Source: an uncultured bacterium | GTDB taxonomy: Bacteria; Krumholzibacteriota; Krumholzibacteriia; Krumholzibacteriales; Krumholzibacteriaceae | Direction of reading: 5' to 3' | Assembly (NCBI GenBank): GCA_963813815.1 | Contig: CAWFAD010000016.1 | Coordinates: 256,001 to 320,000 of the forward strand | DNA: 64,000 nucleotides | Part shown: positions 42,313 through 53,430 of the stretch, piece by piece | How the letters are laid out: the number at the start of each line of letters is the position of its first letter | Position numbering within the stretch: the stretch's first letter is position 1 | Translations under genes and position numbers: made by a program | The notes under the pieces: generated by a model | Database searches by the model: none | What the model was told of the DNA's origin: nothing | The model's input: the letters and a program-made list of their open reading frames with translations, nothing else

Positions 42313-42681
42313 ATGATCAAGACGTATACGAATCTCGTTGTGGCCGACAACTCCGGCGCGAAGAGCGTGCGGTGCATCCGCGTGCTGGGCGGCACGAGGC
42401 GCCGCTACGCGCACGTGGGCGATATCATCGCGGCCAACGTCAAGATGGCGATCGCCGGCTCGGCGATCAAAAAGGGACAGGTCGTGAAATGCGTCGTCGT
42501 CCGCACGCGAAAAGAGACGCGGCGCAAGGACGGCACCTACATCCGCTTCGACCAGAACGCGGCGGTGCTCATCAATGAACAGCTCGAGCCGATCGGCACG
42601 CGCATCTTCGGGCCGGTCGCGCGGGAACTCCGGGACAAGCGATTCATGAAAATCGTCTCGCTCGCTCCCGAGGTAATCTAG
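42313..42681 (+). CDS. rplN: 50S ribosomal protein L14
   Basis: [26 protein letters not shown]. Confidence 0.98.
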   Translation: MIKTYTNLVVADNSGAKSVRCIRVLGGTRRRYAHVGDIIAANVKMAIAGSAIKKGQVVKCVVVRTRKETRRKDGTYIRFDQNAAVLINEQLEPIGTRIFGPVARELRDKRFMKIVSLAPEVI

Positions 42682-42697
42682 CGAAACGGGAAGTACG

Positions 42698-43009
42698 ATG
42701 AAGATCAAAAAGAACGATCTCGTAAAGGTGATCTCGGGCGATTCGAAGGGGCTCGAGGGCAAGGTGCTCAAGGTGTTCCCCGAGAGGGACCGCGTGATCG
42801 TGGAGAAGGTCCGCCTCGTGAAGCGCCACACGCGGGTGCAGCGCGGCCAGGTCCAGCAGGGGGGCATCATCGAGAAAGAGGCGCCGATACACGCCTCCGA
42901 CGTCAAGCTCATGTGCCCGAAGTGCAACCAGCCGACGAGAACGGCCGTCTCCGTCCTCGCCGATGGCAAGCGGGCTCGGCAGTGCAAGAAGTGCAAGGAG
43001 AGATTCTAG
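42698..43009 (+). CDS. rplX: 50S ribosomal protein L24
   Basis: KIKKND.V.VISG, EAPIHAS, CPKC...CKKC. Confidence 0.97.
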   Translation: MKIKKNDLVKVISGDSKGLEGKVLKVFPERDRVIVEKVRLVKRHTRVQRGQVQQGGIIEKEAPIHASDVKLMCPKCNQPTRTAVSVLADGKRARQCKKCKERF

Positions 43010-43012
43010 GCC

Positions 43013-43573
43013 ATGGCGAACACGCAGTACGTACCGAATATCAAGGGCCGGTACCTCGAGAAGGCGGTGCCGGAGATGATGAAGAAGTTCGGATACCGCA
43101 ACATCATGCAGGCGCCGCGCCTCGTGAAGATCAACGTCAACATGGGGGTCGGCGAGGCGATCACCGACGCGAAGATACTCGAAGCGGCGGTGAAGGATCT
43201 CGGCACGATCACGGGACAGCGGCCGGTGACCACCCGGTCGAAGGCCGCCATCGCCGGGTTCAAGCTCCGCGCGGGCATCCCGATCGGTTGCTTCGTGACG
43301 CTGCGGCACCAGCGCATGTTCGAGTTCTTCGATCGCCTCGTGAACGTAGCGATCCCGCGAATCCGCGACTTCCGCGGCCTTTCGCCGAAGAGCTTTGACG
43401 GGCGCGGCAACTACTCCTTCGGCGTGAAGGAACACATAATTTTCCCGGAGATCGACTACGACAAGGTTCTCAAGGTCATGGGCATGGATGTCACGATCGT
43501 GACGACGGCCAAGACGGACGAGGAAGCGCGCGAGCTTCTCGCTCTCCTCGGCATGCCGTTCCGCCAGGCCTGA
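43013..43573 (+). CDS. rplE: 50S ribosomal protein L5
   Basis: [28 protein letters not shown]. Confidence 0.98.
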   Translation: MANTQYVPNIKGRYLEKAVPEMMKKFGYRNIMQAPRLVKINVNMGVGEAITDAKILEAAVKDLGTITGQRPVTTRSKAAIAGFKLRAGIPIGCFVTLRHQRMFEFFDRLVNVAIPRIRDFRGLSPKSFDGRGNYSFGVKEHIIFPEIDYDKVLKVMGMDVTIVTTAKTDEEARELLALLGMPFRQA

Positions 43574-43590
43574 CCGGAAAAGGAGCATCC

Positions 43591-43776
43591 GTGGCGAAGA
43601 AATGCCTGATAGCGAAAGCGAAGCGGCAGCCGAAGTTCAAGGTGCGCTCGTATCATCGCTGCAGCCGGTGCGGCCGGCCGCGCGCGTACCTTCGCAAGTT
43701 CGGCGTGTGCCGTATCTGCTTCCGCGAGCTCGCCCTCGAGGGAAAGATCCCGGGCGTCGTCAAGGCGAGCTGGTAA
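43591..43776 (+). CDS. rpsZ: 30S ribosomal protein S14 type Z (Zn-binding)
   Basis: 61 aa, RCSRCGRPR...CRICFRE..GKIPGV.KASW. Confidence 0.97.
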   Translation: MAKKCLIAKAKRQPKFKVRSYHRCSRCGRPRAYLRKFGVCRICFRELALEGKIPGVVKASW

Positions 43777-43816
43777 CGTATTCGAACGTACATCGATTCG
43801 ACGAGGTGATGGCGTA

Positions 43817-44212
43817 ATGATGACCGACCCGATGGCCGACATGCTGACGCGGATCCGGAACGGGATCAAGGAGAAGAAGGCGTACGCCGATATTCCGGCC
43901 TCGCGCTTGAAGGCGCAGGTCGCCAAGGTTCTCCTCGATCACGGCTACGTGAAGAACGTCAAGTACCTGGACGACAACAAGCAGGGCATGCTCCGCGTGT
44001 ATCTCAAGTACGACGAGGCGAAGCAGAGCGCGATCGAGGGCCTGCGTCGCGTTTCCCTCGCGAGCCGCCGCGTGTATGTCACCAAGGACCGCCTTCCGCG
44101 CGTTCAGGGAGGCTACGGCACGGCGATCATCTCGACCTCGAAGGGGATTTTGACCGATAAGGAGTGCCGCGCGATCGGCGTGGGCGGAGAAGTTCTCTGC
44201 TACGTCTGGTAG
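43817..44212 (+). CDS. rpsH: 30S ribosomal protein S8
   Basis: [25 protein letters not shown]. Confidence 0.98.
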   Translation: MMTDPMADMLTRIRNGIKEKKAYADIPASRLKAQVAKVLLDHGYVKNVKYLDDNKQGMLRVYLKYDEAKQSAIEGLRRVSLASRRVYVTKDRLPRVQGGYGTAIISTSKGILTDKECRAIGVGGEVLCYVW

Positions 44213-44273
44213 CGTGACGCCCCCGCGCCGCGCGGCCGCGGCGGCGGGAAGCTCATGGAGGTTCACAGCCGTT

Positions 44274-44822
44274 ATGTCGCGAGTTGGAAAAAATCCGGTA
44301 CCGGTCCCCGCGGGAGTCACCGCCGAGATTCACGGCAGCGTGATCACCGTCAAGGGTCCGAAGGGTGAGCTCACGCGGACGCTCCATTCCGATATGGTGA
44401 TCGAGATCGCCTCGGGCTCCGTGACGGTGAAGCGCCCGAGCGATTCGAAGCTTCACAAATCCCTGCACGGTCTCACGCGGACGCTCGTCGCGAACATGGT
44501 GACGGGCGTGTCGCAGGGATACGAGAAGAAGCTCGAGATCGAGGGTGTCGAGTACCGGGCCGAGATTAAGGGTACGGCGCTCATGCTCAGCCTCGGATTC
44601 GCGTACCCGAAGCGGTACGACCCCCGACCCGGGATCACGATCACGCTCGCCGATCCGAGAAAGATCACGATCACGGGGATCGACAAGGAGAAGGTCGGCC
44701 AGACGGCCGCCGAGATCAGGCGCATGCGGCCCCCCGAGCCGTACAAGGGCAAGGGCATCAGGTACGCCGGCGAGCAGATCAAGCGGAAGGCCGGTAAGGC
44801 CGCCGTCGGCACGGGACTCTAA
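44274..44822 (+). CDS. rplF: 50S ribosomal protein L6
   Basis: MSRVGK.P, KGPKG, PEPYKGKGIRY. Confidence 0.98.
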   Translation: MSRVGKNPVPVPAGVTAEIHGSVITVKGPKGELTRTLHSDMVIEIASGSVTVKRPSDSKLHKSLHGLTRTLVANMVTGVSQGYEKKLEIEGVEYRAEIKGTALMLSLGFAYPKRYDPRPGITITLADPRKITITGIDKEKVGQTAAEIRRMRPPEPYKGKGIRYAGEQIKRKAGKAAVGTGL

Positions 44823-44900
44823 CAGACGCGCCGCCCTGCGGCGGGACGAAGTTGTCCCGTCCCGCGCGGCGCCGGCAATGAACGCTGGGAGCGAGAACAG

Positions 44901-45398
44901 GTGAAACGGAACATCCATCGCGAGAAGAGGCGCGCGCGGCAGCGGCGCCACGAGCGGGTCCGGGACAAGATTCACGGAACGGCCGCGCGGCCGAGGCTCT
45001 GCGTCACGCGAAGCCTCACCCATATCTACGCGCAAGTCATCGACGACGAATCGGGCCGCACGCTCGCCTCGGCGTCGAGCCTCAAGCTCGTGTTCCCGCC
45101 CGCCGAGCAGCCGGCCGCGGCGCCGGAGCAACCCGCGGAGGCCGCGGGCGCGGGAAAAGGCGAGAAGGGCGAGAAGGGCGAGAAGGGCGAGAAGAGCGAG
45201 AAGGGCGGCAAGGGAAAGAAGCCCGCGCGCCCGATGAGTCTCAAGATGCGCCGCTCGGTCGAGGTCGGGAAGCTCATCGCCCAGACCGCGATTGCGAAGG
45301 GTATCAAGGCCGTCGCGTTCGACCGCGGCGGATATCTCTATCATGGAAGAGTCGCCGCGCTCGCGAAGGCCGCGAGGGAAGGCGGGCTCGAGTTCTAG
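44901..45398 (+). CDS. rplR: 50S ribosomal protein L18 with internal low-complexity insertion
   Basis: RPRL...HIYAQVIDD..., [23 protein letters not shown]. Confidence 0.96.
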   Translation: MKRNIHREKRRARQRRHERVRDKIHGTAARPRLCVTRSLTHIYAQVIDDESGRTLASASSLKLVFPPAEQPAAAPEQPAEAAGAGKGEKGEKGEKGEKSEKGGKGKKPARPMSLKMRRSVEVGKLIAQTAIAKGIKAVAFDRGGYLYHGRVAALAKAAREGGLEF

Positions 45399-45448
45399 GA
45401 CGGAGGCGCCCGCTCGGGCGCCGCACATCATCCGCGGGGGTATGACCG

Positions 45449-46186
45449 GTGGATTCGACAGACGCAAAAGGACAGGAGCCGAAGCAGGCGCCGTCGCCGT
45501 CGCCGCAGGCGCACGCACCGCAGGCGCACGCGCCGCAGCCGGCGCGGGGGCCGAGAGGCCCTCAAAACGGGCGCGATTCGAGGGGCGGGCGCGATTCGAG
45601 AGGCGGACGCGACTCGCGTGGCGGACGCGACCGGCGGGATTCGAGGGATTCCCGGATGGGCGACGACGCCGGCCCCGAATTTCTCGAGCAGACGATTCAC
45701 ATCAACCGCGTGGCGAAGGTCGTCAAGGGCGGACGCCGTTTCGGGTTCAACGCCATCGTGGCCGTGGGGGACGGGATGGGCAAGGTGGGCATCGGACTCG
45801 GCAAGGCGAATGAAATCGCGGACGCGATCCGCAAGGCGACCGAGACGGCGAAGAAGGAGATGTTCCGCGTTCCGATGATCAAGGGAACGATTCCCTACCG
45901 AGTGACGGGCGTGTTCGGCGCGGCGCGCGTTCTCATGAAGCCGGCGAGCCCCGGTACCGGCGTCATCGCCGGCGGCGCGGTGCGCGCGGTCCTCGAAGTG
46001 GCCGGCGTGAAGGACATTCTCACGAAGTCGCTCGGCTCGAACAACCCGCACAACCTCGTCAAGGCGACGACGACGGGGCTCAAGAGCCTGCGCAGCGCCC
46101 GGGACTACGCAAGGAAGCGGGACATCACACTCACGAAGCTTTTCGGCGCGGCCCCCGGCAAGCCGGGCGCCGACGACGCTCGATAG
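45449..46186 (+). CDS. rpsE: 30S ribosomal protein S5 with long N-terminal extension
   Basis: [34 protein letters not shown]. Confidence 0.97.
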   Translation: MDSTDAKGQEPKQAPSPSPQAHAPQAHAPQPARGPRGPQNGRDSRGGRDSRGGRDSRGGRDRRDSRDSRMGDDAGPEFLEQTIHINRVAKVVKGGRRFGFNAIVAVGDGMGKVGIGLGKANEIADAIRKATETAKKEMFRVPMIKGTIPYRVTGVFGAARVLMKPASPGTGVIAGGAVRAVLEVAGVKDILTKSLGSNNPHNLVKATTTGLKSLRSARDYARKRDITLTKLFGAAPGKPGADDAR

Positions 46187-46198
46187 CGAGGAACGGCC

Positions 46199-46459
46199 AT
46201 GGCGACCATATTGAAGATCACGCAGACGAAGAGCATCATCAACTCGCTCAACGAGAAGCACCGCCCCGTCATGAAGTCTCTCGGCTTCCGACGCAACCAG
46301 CGGACGCTTTACCAGAAGGATACGCCCCAGATCCGCGGCATGCTCCACAAGGTGCAGCACATGGTCGTCTGGGAAGTGATCGACGAGAAGGACATCACGG
46401 TCCCCGCCAAGAAGGGATCGGGCATCACGGTTCTTGAGAAGGGAACCACAAGGAGATAA
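46199..46459 (+). CDS. rpmD: 50S ribosomal protein L30
   Basis: LKITQTKS, LG, DTPQIRGM..KV; between rpsE and rplO. Confidence 0.92.
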   Translation: MATILKITQTKSIINSLNEKHRPVMKSLGFRRNQRTLYQKDTPQIRGMLHKVQHMVVWEVIDEKDITVPAKKGSGITVLEKGTTRR

Positions 46460-46464
46460 TCGCG

Positions 46465-46947
46465 ATGAAGCTGAGCGATATCAAACCCCCGAAGGGCGCG
46501 GTCAAGAACCACAAGCGGGTCGGCTGCGGCCCCGGCTCGGGACACGGCAAGACGTCGACGCGCGGCCACAAGGGCCAGAAGGCCCGCTCGGGCGGCGGCA
46601 TTCCGCCCTGGTTCGAGGGTGGACAGATGCCCCTGCAGCGGCGCGTACCGAAGCGGGGATTCGTGAACATCTTCAGAGCGGAATATCAGGTCGTGAATCT
46701 GGACAGCCTGAAATCCTTCGCGAGCGGCGCGAAGATCAACCGGGGCACTCTTCTCGAGGCGGGGCTCGTGCGCAGGTCGGGCGACCCCGTCAAGATTCTC
46801 GGCCGCGGCGAGATTACGATCCCGCTCGAGGTCGAGGTCGACGCGGTGAGCCTGAGCGCGGCGGAGGCGATCCGGAAGGCCGGCGGCACGATCCGTCTGC
46901 TCTCCGGCAAGAAGGTCCCCGGGCTTGACAAGCGGGGGAAGGAGTAA
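46465..46947 (+). CDS. rplO: 50S ribosomal protein L15
   Basis: GSGHGKTSTRGHKGQKARSG, FEGGQMPL.RR.PKRGF. Confidence 0.98.
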   Translation: MKLSDIKPPKGAVKNHKRVGCGPGSGHGKTSTRGHKGQKARSGGGIPPWFEGGQMPLQRRVPKRGFVNIFRAEYQVVNLDSLKSFASGAKINRGTLLEAGLVRRSGDPVKILGRGEITIPLEVEVDAVSLSAAEAIRKAGGTIRLLSGKKVPGLDKRGKE

Positions 46948-48269
46948 TGTTCAAGAAGCTGCAGGACATCTTCGCCATCCCCGAGCTCAAGCGCCGGCTC
47001 CTCTTTACCATGGGCCTCCTCGTGGTGTACCGCATCGGCGGCCACATCACGACGCCCGGCGTGAACCCGCTCGCCCTGAGGGCGGCGTTCGAGAGCCAGC
47101 AGGGGACGATCTCTTGCCCTGTACGACCTCTTCGCGGGGGGCAACTTCTCCCGCGCGACGATCTTCGCGCTCGGCATCATGCCGTACATCAGCGCGTCGA
47201 TCATCATCCAGCTCCTTCAGGCGGTCATTCCGTACTTCGAGAAGCTCGCCAAGGAAGGCGAAGAGGGGCGGAAGAAGATCACCCAGTACACGCGCTACGG
47301 CACCGTGGCGCTCGCCGCGGTCCAGTCGTTCGGCATCGCCTTCTTCCTCGAGAGCCTCAACGTCGGCGGCGCGGCGGTCGTGCCGGATCCCGGGATTCTG
47401 GTTTCCGGCTGCTCACCGATGCTGACGATGGTCGTCGGGAACCATCTTCGTGATGTGGCTCGGCGAGCAGATCACCGAGCGGGGCATCGGCAACGGCATC
47501 TCGCTCATCATCATCATCGGCATCGTGGCCCGCTATCCGACCGATGTTCTCGACACGTGGCGCGCGCTCCGGCTCGGCACCATCAGCCCGCTCCGACTCG
47601 TGATACTCCTCGTCATCATGGTGGCCGTCACGGCGAGCGTCATCCTCATCACGCAGGGGCAGCGCCGCATCCCGGTGCAGTACGCCAAACGCATCGTCGG
47701 GCGCCGCGTCTACGGCGGGCAAGGCGCAGTACATTCCGCTCCGCGTCAACACGGCGGGCGTCATTCCGATCATCTTCGCCCAGTCGATCATGATGTTCCC
47801 GGGAACGATCGCCGCGTTCTTCCGCGAGAACGCGATCATGGCGGGCATCATGTCGATCTTTAATCCCGGGACTCGTTGATTTACATGTCTCTCTACGCGA
47901 TCATCATCATCTTCTTCACGTATTTCTACACGGCGATCGTCCTGAACCCGATCGATCTCGCCGAGAACATGCAGAAGTACGGCGGCTTCATCCCGGGCAT
48001 CCGGCCGGGGAAGCGCACGAGCGAATACATCGACCGGATTCTCACGCGGGTGACGCTTCCGGGCGCCATCTTTCTCGCGTTCATCGCGGTTCTGCCCGAC
48101 CTCATGATCCAGCGCGGCAACGTCCCGCACCGTCTACTTCGGCGGCACGAGCCTGCTCATCGTGGTCGGCGTCATGCTGGATACGCTCCAGCAGATCGAG
48201 TCGCACCTCCTCATGAGGCACTACGACGGATTCATGAAGAAGGGTCACCTGCGCGGCAGACGGTTCTAG
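46947..48269 (+). CDS. secY: Preprotein translocase SecY, broken by several frameshifts (probably sequence errors)
   Basis: Fragments in changing frames: [62 protein letters not shown]; indels near 47110, 47395-47445, 47720, 47860, 48125. Confidence 0.95.
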
Positions 48270-48282
48270 GAGGAAGGGTATC

Positions 48283-48930
48283 GTGGCGGGGCTTCGACTC
48301 ATCATTCTCGGCGCGCCGGGTTCCGGCAAGGGGACCCAGGCGTCGCGTCTCGCCGCGGAAAAGGGGCTCCGGCACCTCTCCACGGGCGACATGCTCCGCG
48401 ACGCCGTGGCGAGAAAGACCGCGATCGGGCTCCGCGCGGCCGAATACATGAAGAAGGGGCTCCTCGGCCCGGACGAGATCATATTCGCGCTCATGCGCGA
48501 GGCGCTCGCGGCGTCGGCGGGGAGCGGATGGATTCTCGACGGGTTTCCGAGAACGCTCGCGCAGGCCGAGGAGCTCGAGAAGATGCTCGTCGAGCTCGGC
48601 GAGCGGGTCGATCGCGTCATCGACATCGAGGTCGCCCCGGAGCTCATCGTGCGCCGGCTCTCGAACCGCCGCGTGTGTCCGAAGTGCAAGGCGGTCTACA
48701 ACCTCGACACGATCGTGACGAAGACGCCGGGCCGCTGCGATGCCTGCGGGGCGGAGATCGTCAAGCGCCCCGACGACGAGGAGACGACGATTCGCAAGCG
48801 TCTCGAGGTCTACAACGATCAGACGGCCCCGGTCATCGAGTACTATCGGAAGCGGGGCGGGCTCGTGACGGTCGACGGAGCGAGCGGCATAGAGGAGATT
48901 TTCGCGGAGATTCTCCGCGCGTTGAAATGA
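48283..48930 (+). CDS. adk: Adenylate kinase (Zn-lid)
   Basis: GAPGSGKGTQA, STGDMLR, LDGFPRT, CPKC..CDAC. Confidence 0.97.
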   Translation: MAGLRLIILGAPGSGKGTQASRLAAEKGLRHLSTGDMLRDAVARKTAIGLRAAEYMKKGLLGPDEIIFALMREALAASAGSGWILDGFPRTLAQAEELEKMLVELGERVDRVIDIEVAPELIVRRLSNRRVCPKCKAVYNLDTIVTKTPGRCDACGAEIVKRPDDEETTIRKRLEVYNDQTAPVIEYYRKRGGLVTVDGASGIEEIFAEILRALK

Positions 48931-49670
48931 TAGCGATTCGGAGCGAGGCGGAGCTCGACGAGATCCGGGGCAGCGGCGAAATTCTTCGCGACTGTTTCGG
49001 AATGATCGCTCCGCTGCTCCGGGCGGGCGTGTCGACCGGCGCGCTCGACGAGGCGGCCGAAGAGTTCATACGGTCGCGGGGGGCCGAGCCCTCCTTCAAG
49101 GGATACCAGGGGTATCCCGCCGCCATCTGCGCCTCGGTGAACGAGCAGGTCGTTCACGGGATCCCGGGCCCCCGGGAGCTTCGCGACGGCGACATCGTCG
49201 GCGTCGACATCGGGGTGTTCCGGAACGGGTGGCACGCGGACGCGTCGCGGACGTATCCGGTCGGCGAGGTGGGCGAGACGGCGCGGCGGCTCATAGCGGT
49301 CACGCGTGAGGCGCTCGATCTCGCGATCGCCGAGGCGAAGGCGGGCAGCCGCCTCTCGGACGTCTCGCACGCGGTCGAGCGGCACGCGACGGCGAACGGA
49401 TTCAGCGTCGTGCGCTCGCTCGTCGGACACGGAATCGGGCGGCGGATGCACGAAGAGCCGCAGATTCCGAACTTCGGCTCCCCGGGGAGGGGCCCCGTGC
49501 TCGCGGCGGGAATGGTGCTCGCGATCGAGCCGATGGTGAACGAGGGGACCCACGAGGTCTTCACGCTCGCCGACAACTGGACGTTCGTGACGGCGGATGG
49601 AAAGCTGTCCGCTCATTTCGAGGATACGATCGCGGTAACGGACGGCCGTCCGATCATCATGACGCGGTAG
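48927..49670 (+). CDS. map: Methionine aminopeptidase type I
   Basis: [37 protein letters not shown]. Confidence 0.97.
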   Translation: MIAIRSEAELDEIRGSGEILRDCFGMIAPLLRAGVSTGALDEAAEEFIRSRGAEPSFKGYQGYPAAICASVNEQVVHGIPGPRELRDGDIVGVDIGVFRNGWHADASRTYPVGEVGETARRLIAVTREALDLAIAEAKAGSRLSDVSHAVERHATANGFSVVRSLVGHGIGRRMHEEPQIPNFGSPGRGPVLAAGMVLAIEPMVNEGTHEVFTLADNWTFVTADGKLSAHFEDTIAVTDGRPIIMTR

Positions 49671-49738
49671 GGACCGCGCGCACGTTGGAGGCCGAGGCCG
49701 CCGCAGGGCGGCGCGGCGGGAGGGGCCGAAAGGCGTCG

Positions 49739-49957
49739 ATGTCGAAGCAGAAGGGAATCGCGGTCGAGGGAACGGTCGTCGAAGCTCTGCCGAACGCGAT
49801 GTTCCGGGTCGAGCTCGAGAACAAGCACGTCGTTCTCGCGCACGTCTCGGGGAAGATGCGGATGCACTTTATCCGCATTCTTCCGGGGGACCGGGTCGCG
49901 ATCGAGCTCAGTCCGTACGATCTCGGACGCGGCCGGATCACGTATCGGTACAAGTGA
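49739..49957 (+). CDS. infA: Translation initiation factor IF-1
   Basis: [32 protein letters not shown]. Confidence 0.98.
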   Translation: MSKQKGIAVEGTVVEALPNAMFRVELENKHVVLAHVSGKMRMHFIRILPGDRVAIELSPYDLGRGRITYRYK

Positions 49958-49976
49958 CGGTAAAGGAAGAGTCGAG

Positions 49977-50090
49977 ATGAAGGTTCGAAGCTCAATCAAG
50001 AAGATATGTCCATACTGCAAGATCATCCGGCGGAAGGGAGTCCTCCGCGTGATCTGCAAGAATCCGAAGCACAAACAGCGCCAGGGCTGA
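49977..50090 (+). CDS. rpmJ: 50S ribosomal protein L36
   Basis: Read from [40 protein letters not shown]. Confidence 0.97.
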   Translation: MKVRSSIKKICPYCKIIRRKGVLRVICKNPKHKQRQG

Positions 50091-50127
50091 CGGGTGGGCC
50101 AGCGGCGCGCGTGAAAGGAGTGTTTCC

Positions 50128-50520
50128 GTGGCGCGTATTTCCGGTGTCGATATACCCGACAACAAGCACGTTGCGATCGCTCTGACCTATATCTTCGGGA
50201 TCGGCCGATCGACCGCCCGGCACATCTGCGACAAGGCGAAGATCTCGCACAACACGAGAACGCGGGATCTCACCGAGGAGCAGACGGTCCGGCTCAGGGA
50301 CATCATCGAAAACGATCACAAGATCGAGGGCGCCCTGCGGAGCGAAATGACGATGAATATCAAGCGGCTCATGGAGATCGGCTCGTACCGCGGCATGCGG
50401 CACAAAATGGGCCTGCCGGTCCATGGCCAGCGCACGCACACGAACGCCCGGACCCGCAAGGGTCCGCGCAACCGCCCGGGGGCGAAACGCAAAACGGCGA
50501 AGCCGGGAGCCACGGATTAG
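50128..50520 (+). CDS. rpsM: 30S ribosomal protein S13
   Basis: [18 protein letters not shown], YRGx[14 protein letters not shown]. Confidence 0.98.
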   Translation: MARISGVDIPDNKHVAIALTYIFGIGRSTARHICDKAKISHNTRTRDLTEEQTVRLRDIIENDHKIEGALRSEMTMNIKRLMEIGSYRGMRHKMGLPVHGQRTHTNARTRKGPRNRPGAKRKTAKPGATD

Positions 50521-50566
50521 TCGTCCGCGCGAGAGCGCGCGGCGAGGATAGCGCACGAACAGGAGG

Positions 50567-50959
50567 TTGACGGTGCCAGGACCTCGGGGAGCGAAAAAGA
50601 AAACGAAAAAGGTGGACGCGTTCGGCGTCGTTCATATCCAGTCCACCTTCAACAACACGATCGTGAGCATTACGGACAGGGAAGGCAAGGTCATCACGTG
50701 GTCGAGCCCCGGACGGCTCGGCTACAAGGGCTCGCGCAAGAGCACGCCGTTCGCGGCCCAGCAGGCGGCCTCGACCGCCGCCCGCGAAGCGATGGCCCTC
50801 GGCGTCAAGAAGGTCGAAGCGTGGGTGCGGGGTCCCGGCCCGGGGCGCGAGGCGGCGATTCGTTCGCTGCGCGCGACGGGTCTCGAAGTTTCGGCGATCA
50901 AGGATTGCACCCCGATGCCCCACAACGGCTGCCGCGCCAAGAAGCGCAGACGCATATAG
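50567..50959 (+). CDS. rpsK: 30S ribosomal protein S11
   Basis: [33 protein letters not shown]. Confidence 0.98.
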   Translation: MTVPGPRGAKKKTKKVDAFGVVHIQSTFNNTIVSITDREGKVITWSSPGRLGYKGSRKSTPFAAQQAASTAAREAMALGVKKVEAWVRGPGPGREAAIRSLRATGLEVSAIKDCTPMPHNGCRAKKRRRI

Positions 50960-51005
50960 CGACCGCCGTCGCGGCGGACCCGGTTTAGAGGAGGTATACG
51001 AGACG

Positions 51006-51635
51006 ATGGCGAGGTATCTGGAGTCCAAATGCAAGCTGTGCCGCAGGGACGGCGTGAAGCTCTTTCTCAAGGGCGACCGCTGCTATTCGGACAAGTGCGC
51101 GATCGAGAAGCGCAACTATCCGCCCGGCGAGCACGGTCACGCGCGTTTCAGCCGCCGGAGCGGTTATCGCCTGCAGCTTCGCGAGAAGCAGAAGCTCCGC
51201 CGCATGTACATCCTGCTCGAGCGGCAGTTCCGCGGCTATTATGATCGCGCGGTGAAGATGAAAGGCGTCACGGGCACGAATCTCTTGAAGCTCCTCGAGG
51301 CGCGGCTCGACAACATGGTGTTCCGCATGGGCTTCGCCCCGTCGCGGGAGACCTCCCGTCAGCTCGTGCTTCACAAGCACTTCGAGGTCAACGGCAAGCT
51401 CGTTGACCGGCCGAGCTTCCAGCTCCGGCCGGGGGATCGCGTGGCGGTGAGGGAGAAGAGCAGGAATCTGCTCGTCATCGAAGAGGCTTTGAAGAAATAC
51501 GGAAGCCGGGGGACCGTCTCCTACGTGACGGTCGACGTCACGAAGCGCGAGGGCACCTACGTCGAGGAGCCGACGCGCGAGATGATCCCGGTTCCGATCG
51601 AAGAAAACGTGATCGTGGAGCTCTACTCGAAGTAA
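51006..51635 (+). CDS. rpsD: 30S ribosomal protein S4 (Zn-binding form)
   Basis: CKLCRR...LFLKGDRC...C, QLREKQK, LEARLDN, VELYSK. Confidence 0.98.
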   Translation: MARYLESKCKLCRRDGVKLFLKGDRCYSDKCAIEKRNYPPGEHGHARFSRRSGYRLQLREKQKLRRMYILLERQFRGYYDRAVKMKGVTGTNLLKLLEARLDNMVFRMGFAPSRETSRQLVLHKHFEVNGKLVDRPSFQLRPGDRVAVREKSRNLLVIEEALKKYGSRGTVSYVTVDVTKREGTYVEEPTREMIPVPIEENVIVELYSK

Positions 51636-51721
51636 TGAGGATTCGACGCGGCGGACGAGGCGCCGGCGCCCCGCCGCTTTGGGGGAGCGCGGCGAGAGAC
51701 CGTGCAAGGAGGATTGCATAG

Positions 51722-52765
51722 ATGAAATGGCGTAACCTTCTCATGCCGAAAGAGATCGTTGCGGACGAGTCTGTGGCGACGCCGACCTTCGGGCGCTTCA
51801 GAATCGAGCCGCTCGAGCGCGGGTTCGGCAATACGATCGGCAACGCGCTCCGGCGCACGCTCCTCTCCTCGATTCAGGGCGCCGCGGTGACGGCGGTCAA
51901 GATCGGGAGCGTTCTCCATGAGTTCTCCACCGTCAAGGGCGTGAAAGAGGACGTCACCGACATCGTGCTCAACCTGAAGCAGCTCATCGGCAAGATGCAC
52001 GGCGACGATCCGAAGTTTCTCCATATCGACGTCACGAAGAAGGGCGAGATCACGGCGGCGGACATCACGGAGGATCCCGAGTTCGAGATCCTCAACAAAG
52101 ACCTCGTCATCGCCACGTGCACGGAGAAAACGCATTTCAAAATGGATATCCTCGTCGGGCACGGCCGCGGCTACGTCACCTCGGAGCTGCACAACCTCGA
52201 GGAGTTCGAGATCGGTCTCATCCCGATGGATTCGAACTTCAGCCCGGTGACGCACGCGAACTACGTCGTGAAGAATACGCGCGTCGGCCAGCGGACCGAC
52301 TACGACTCGCTCGCGCTCGAGATCACGACGAACGGCAGCATCACCCCGCAGGACGCGCTCGGCTACGCCGCGAAGATTCTCAAGGATCACATGCTCCTCT
52401 TCATCAAGTTCGAGGAGGAGCCGGTCGAGGAATCGGCCGAAGTGGTCGATCAGGACCTCGAGCGGATCAGGGAGCTCCTCGCCCGCAGCGTCGAAGAGCT
52501 CGAGCTCTCCGTTCGCTCGTCGAACTGCCTCAAGGCCGCCAACATCAAGAGCCTCGGCGAGCTCGTGCGCAAGACCGAGGGGGACATGCTCAAGTACCGG
52601 AACTTCGGCCGCAAGAGCCTCAAGGAAATCCTCGACATACTCGAGGGAATGGGGCTCGCGCTCGGCATGGACGTCGACGCGCTGCTCCGGGGCGAGAAGA
52701 AGCTCGACAAGAAGATCGAAAAGGCCGAGAAATCGGATAAAAAGGAGAAAGAGGAGAAGGAATAA
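51722..52765 (+). CDS. rpoA: RNA polymerase alpha subunit
   Basis: EPLERGFG.TIGNALRR.LLSS, LSVRSSNCL, NFGRKSL. Confidence 0.98.
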   Translation: MKWRNLLMPKEIVADESVATPTFGRFRIEPLERGFGNTIGNALRRTLLSSIQGAAVTAVKIGSVLHEFSTVKGVKEDVTDIVLNLKQLIGKMHGDDPKFLHIDVTKKGEITAADITEDPEFEILNKDLVIATCTEKTHFKMDILVGHGRGYVTSELHNLEEFEIGLIPMDSNFSPVTHANYVVKNTRVGQRTDYDSLALEITTNGSITPQDALGYAAKILKDHMLLFIKFEEEPVEESAEVVDQDLERIRELLARSVEELELSVRSSNCLKAANIKSLGELVRKTEGDMLKYRNFGRKSLKEILDILEGMGLALGMDVDALLRGEKKLDKKIEKAEKSDKKEKEEKE

Positions 52766-53403
52766 TGCGGCACAGACGTTCCGGCCGGAAGCTCGGCAAA
52801 ACCGCTACACATAGAAAAGCGATGCTCGGCAACATGGTCACTTCGCTCTTCGAGCGCGAGCGCATCCAGACGACGATCCCGAAGGCCAAGGAAGCCCGGA
52901 GCCTCGCCGAGCGCCTCATCACCTTCGCGCGGCGCGGCAACGCGGCGGCGGAGGGCGGCGCCAAGGAAAAGCAGCTCGCGGCGCGCCGGCACGTGGCGCG
53001 CATCGTGCACGACAGCGATGTTCTGCGAAAGCTCTTCGACGAGATCGCCCCGCGCTACGTAGAGCGTCCGGGCGGCTACACCCGTATCGTGCGTCTCGGC
53101 AAGACGCGCGTCGGCGACGCCGCCCAGATGGCGATTCTCGAGCTCCTGAAGAAGGACGAGGAAGGCCGCAAGAAGAAGAAGAAACCGCGGAAGACCTACC
53201 GCAAGCTCGATATGCCGGCGGGCCCCGCCGCGCCGAAGAAGCCGGCGAAGGTCGCCGAGGCAGAGGCCGCCGCCGAGACGCCGGCCGCCGAGGCCCCCGC
53301 CGCGGAGCATGAGCACAAGGCTCCGAAGGCCGAGGCCCACAAGGCCCCGAAGAAGGAAAAGACGAAAGAGGCGGAGCCGAAACCGAAAAAGGGCAAGAAG
53401 TAA
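52765..53403 (+). CDS. rplQ: 50S ribosomal protein L17 with Lys/Ala/Glu/Pro-rich C-terminal tail
   Basis: MRHR, I.TT..KAKE, RPGGYTRI, GDAA. Confidence 0.97.
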   Translation: MRHRRSGRKLGKTATHRKAMLGNMVTSLFERERIQTTIPKAKEARSLAERLITFARRGNAAAEGGAKEKQLAARRHVARIVHDSDVLRKLFDEIAPRYVERPGGYTRIVRLGKTRVGDAAQMAILELLKKDEEGRKKKKKPRKTYRKLDMPAGPAAPKKPAKVAEAEAAAETPAAEAPAAEHEHKAPKAEAHKAPKKEKTKEAEPKPKKGKK

Positions 53404-53430
53404 CGGCCCGGGCTCCGGGAGAGCGCTCTC

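Noticed and set aside
38974..51720. GC-rich hairpins in r-protein intergenic spacers (e.g. GCCGC-GAAA-GCGGC at ~39016) as a REP-like repeat family
   Set aside because: They share no common sequence; expected at this GC content, or ordinary processing/stability stems.
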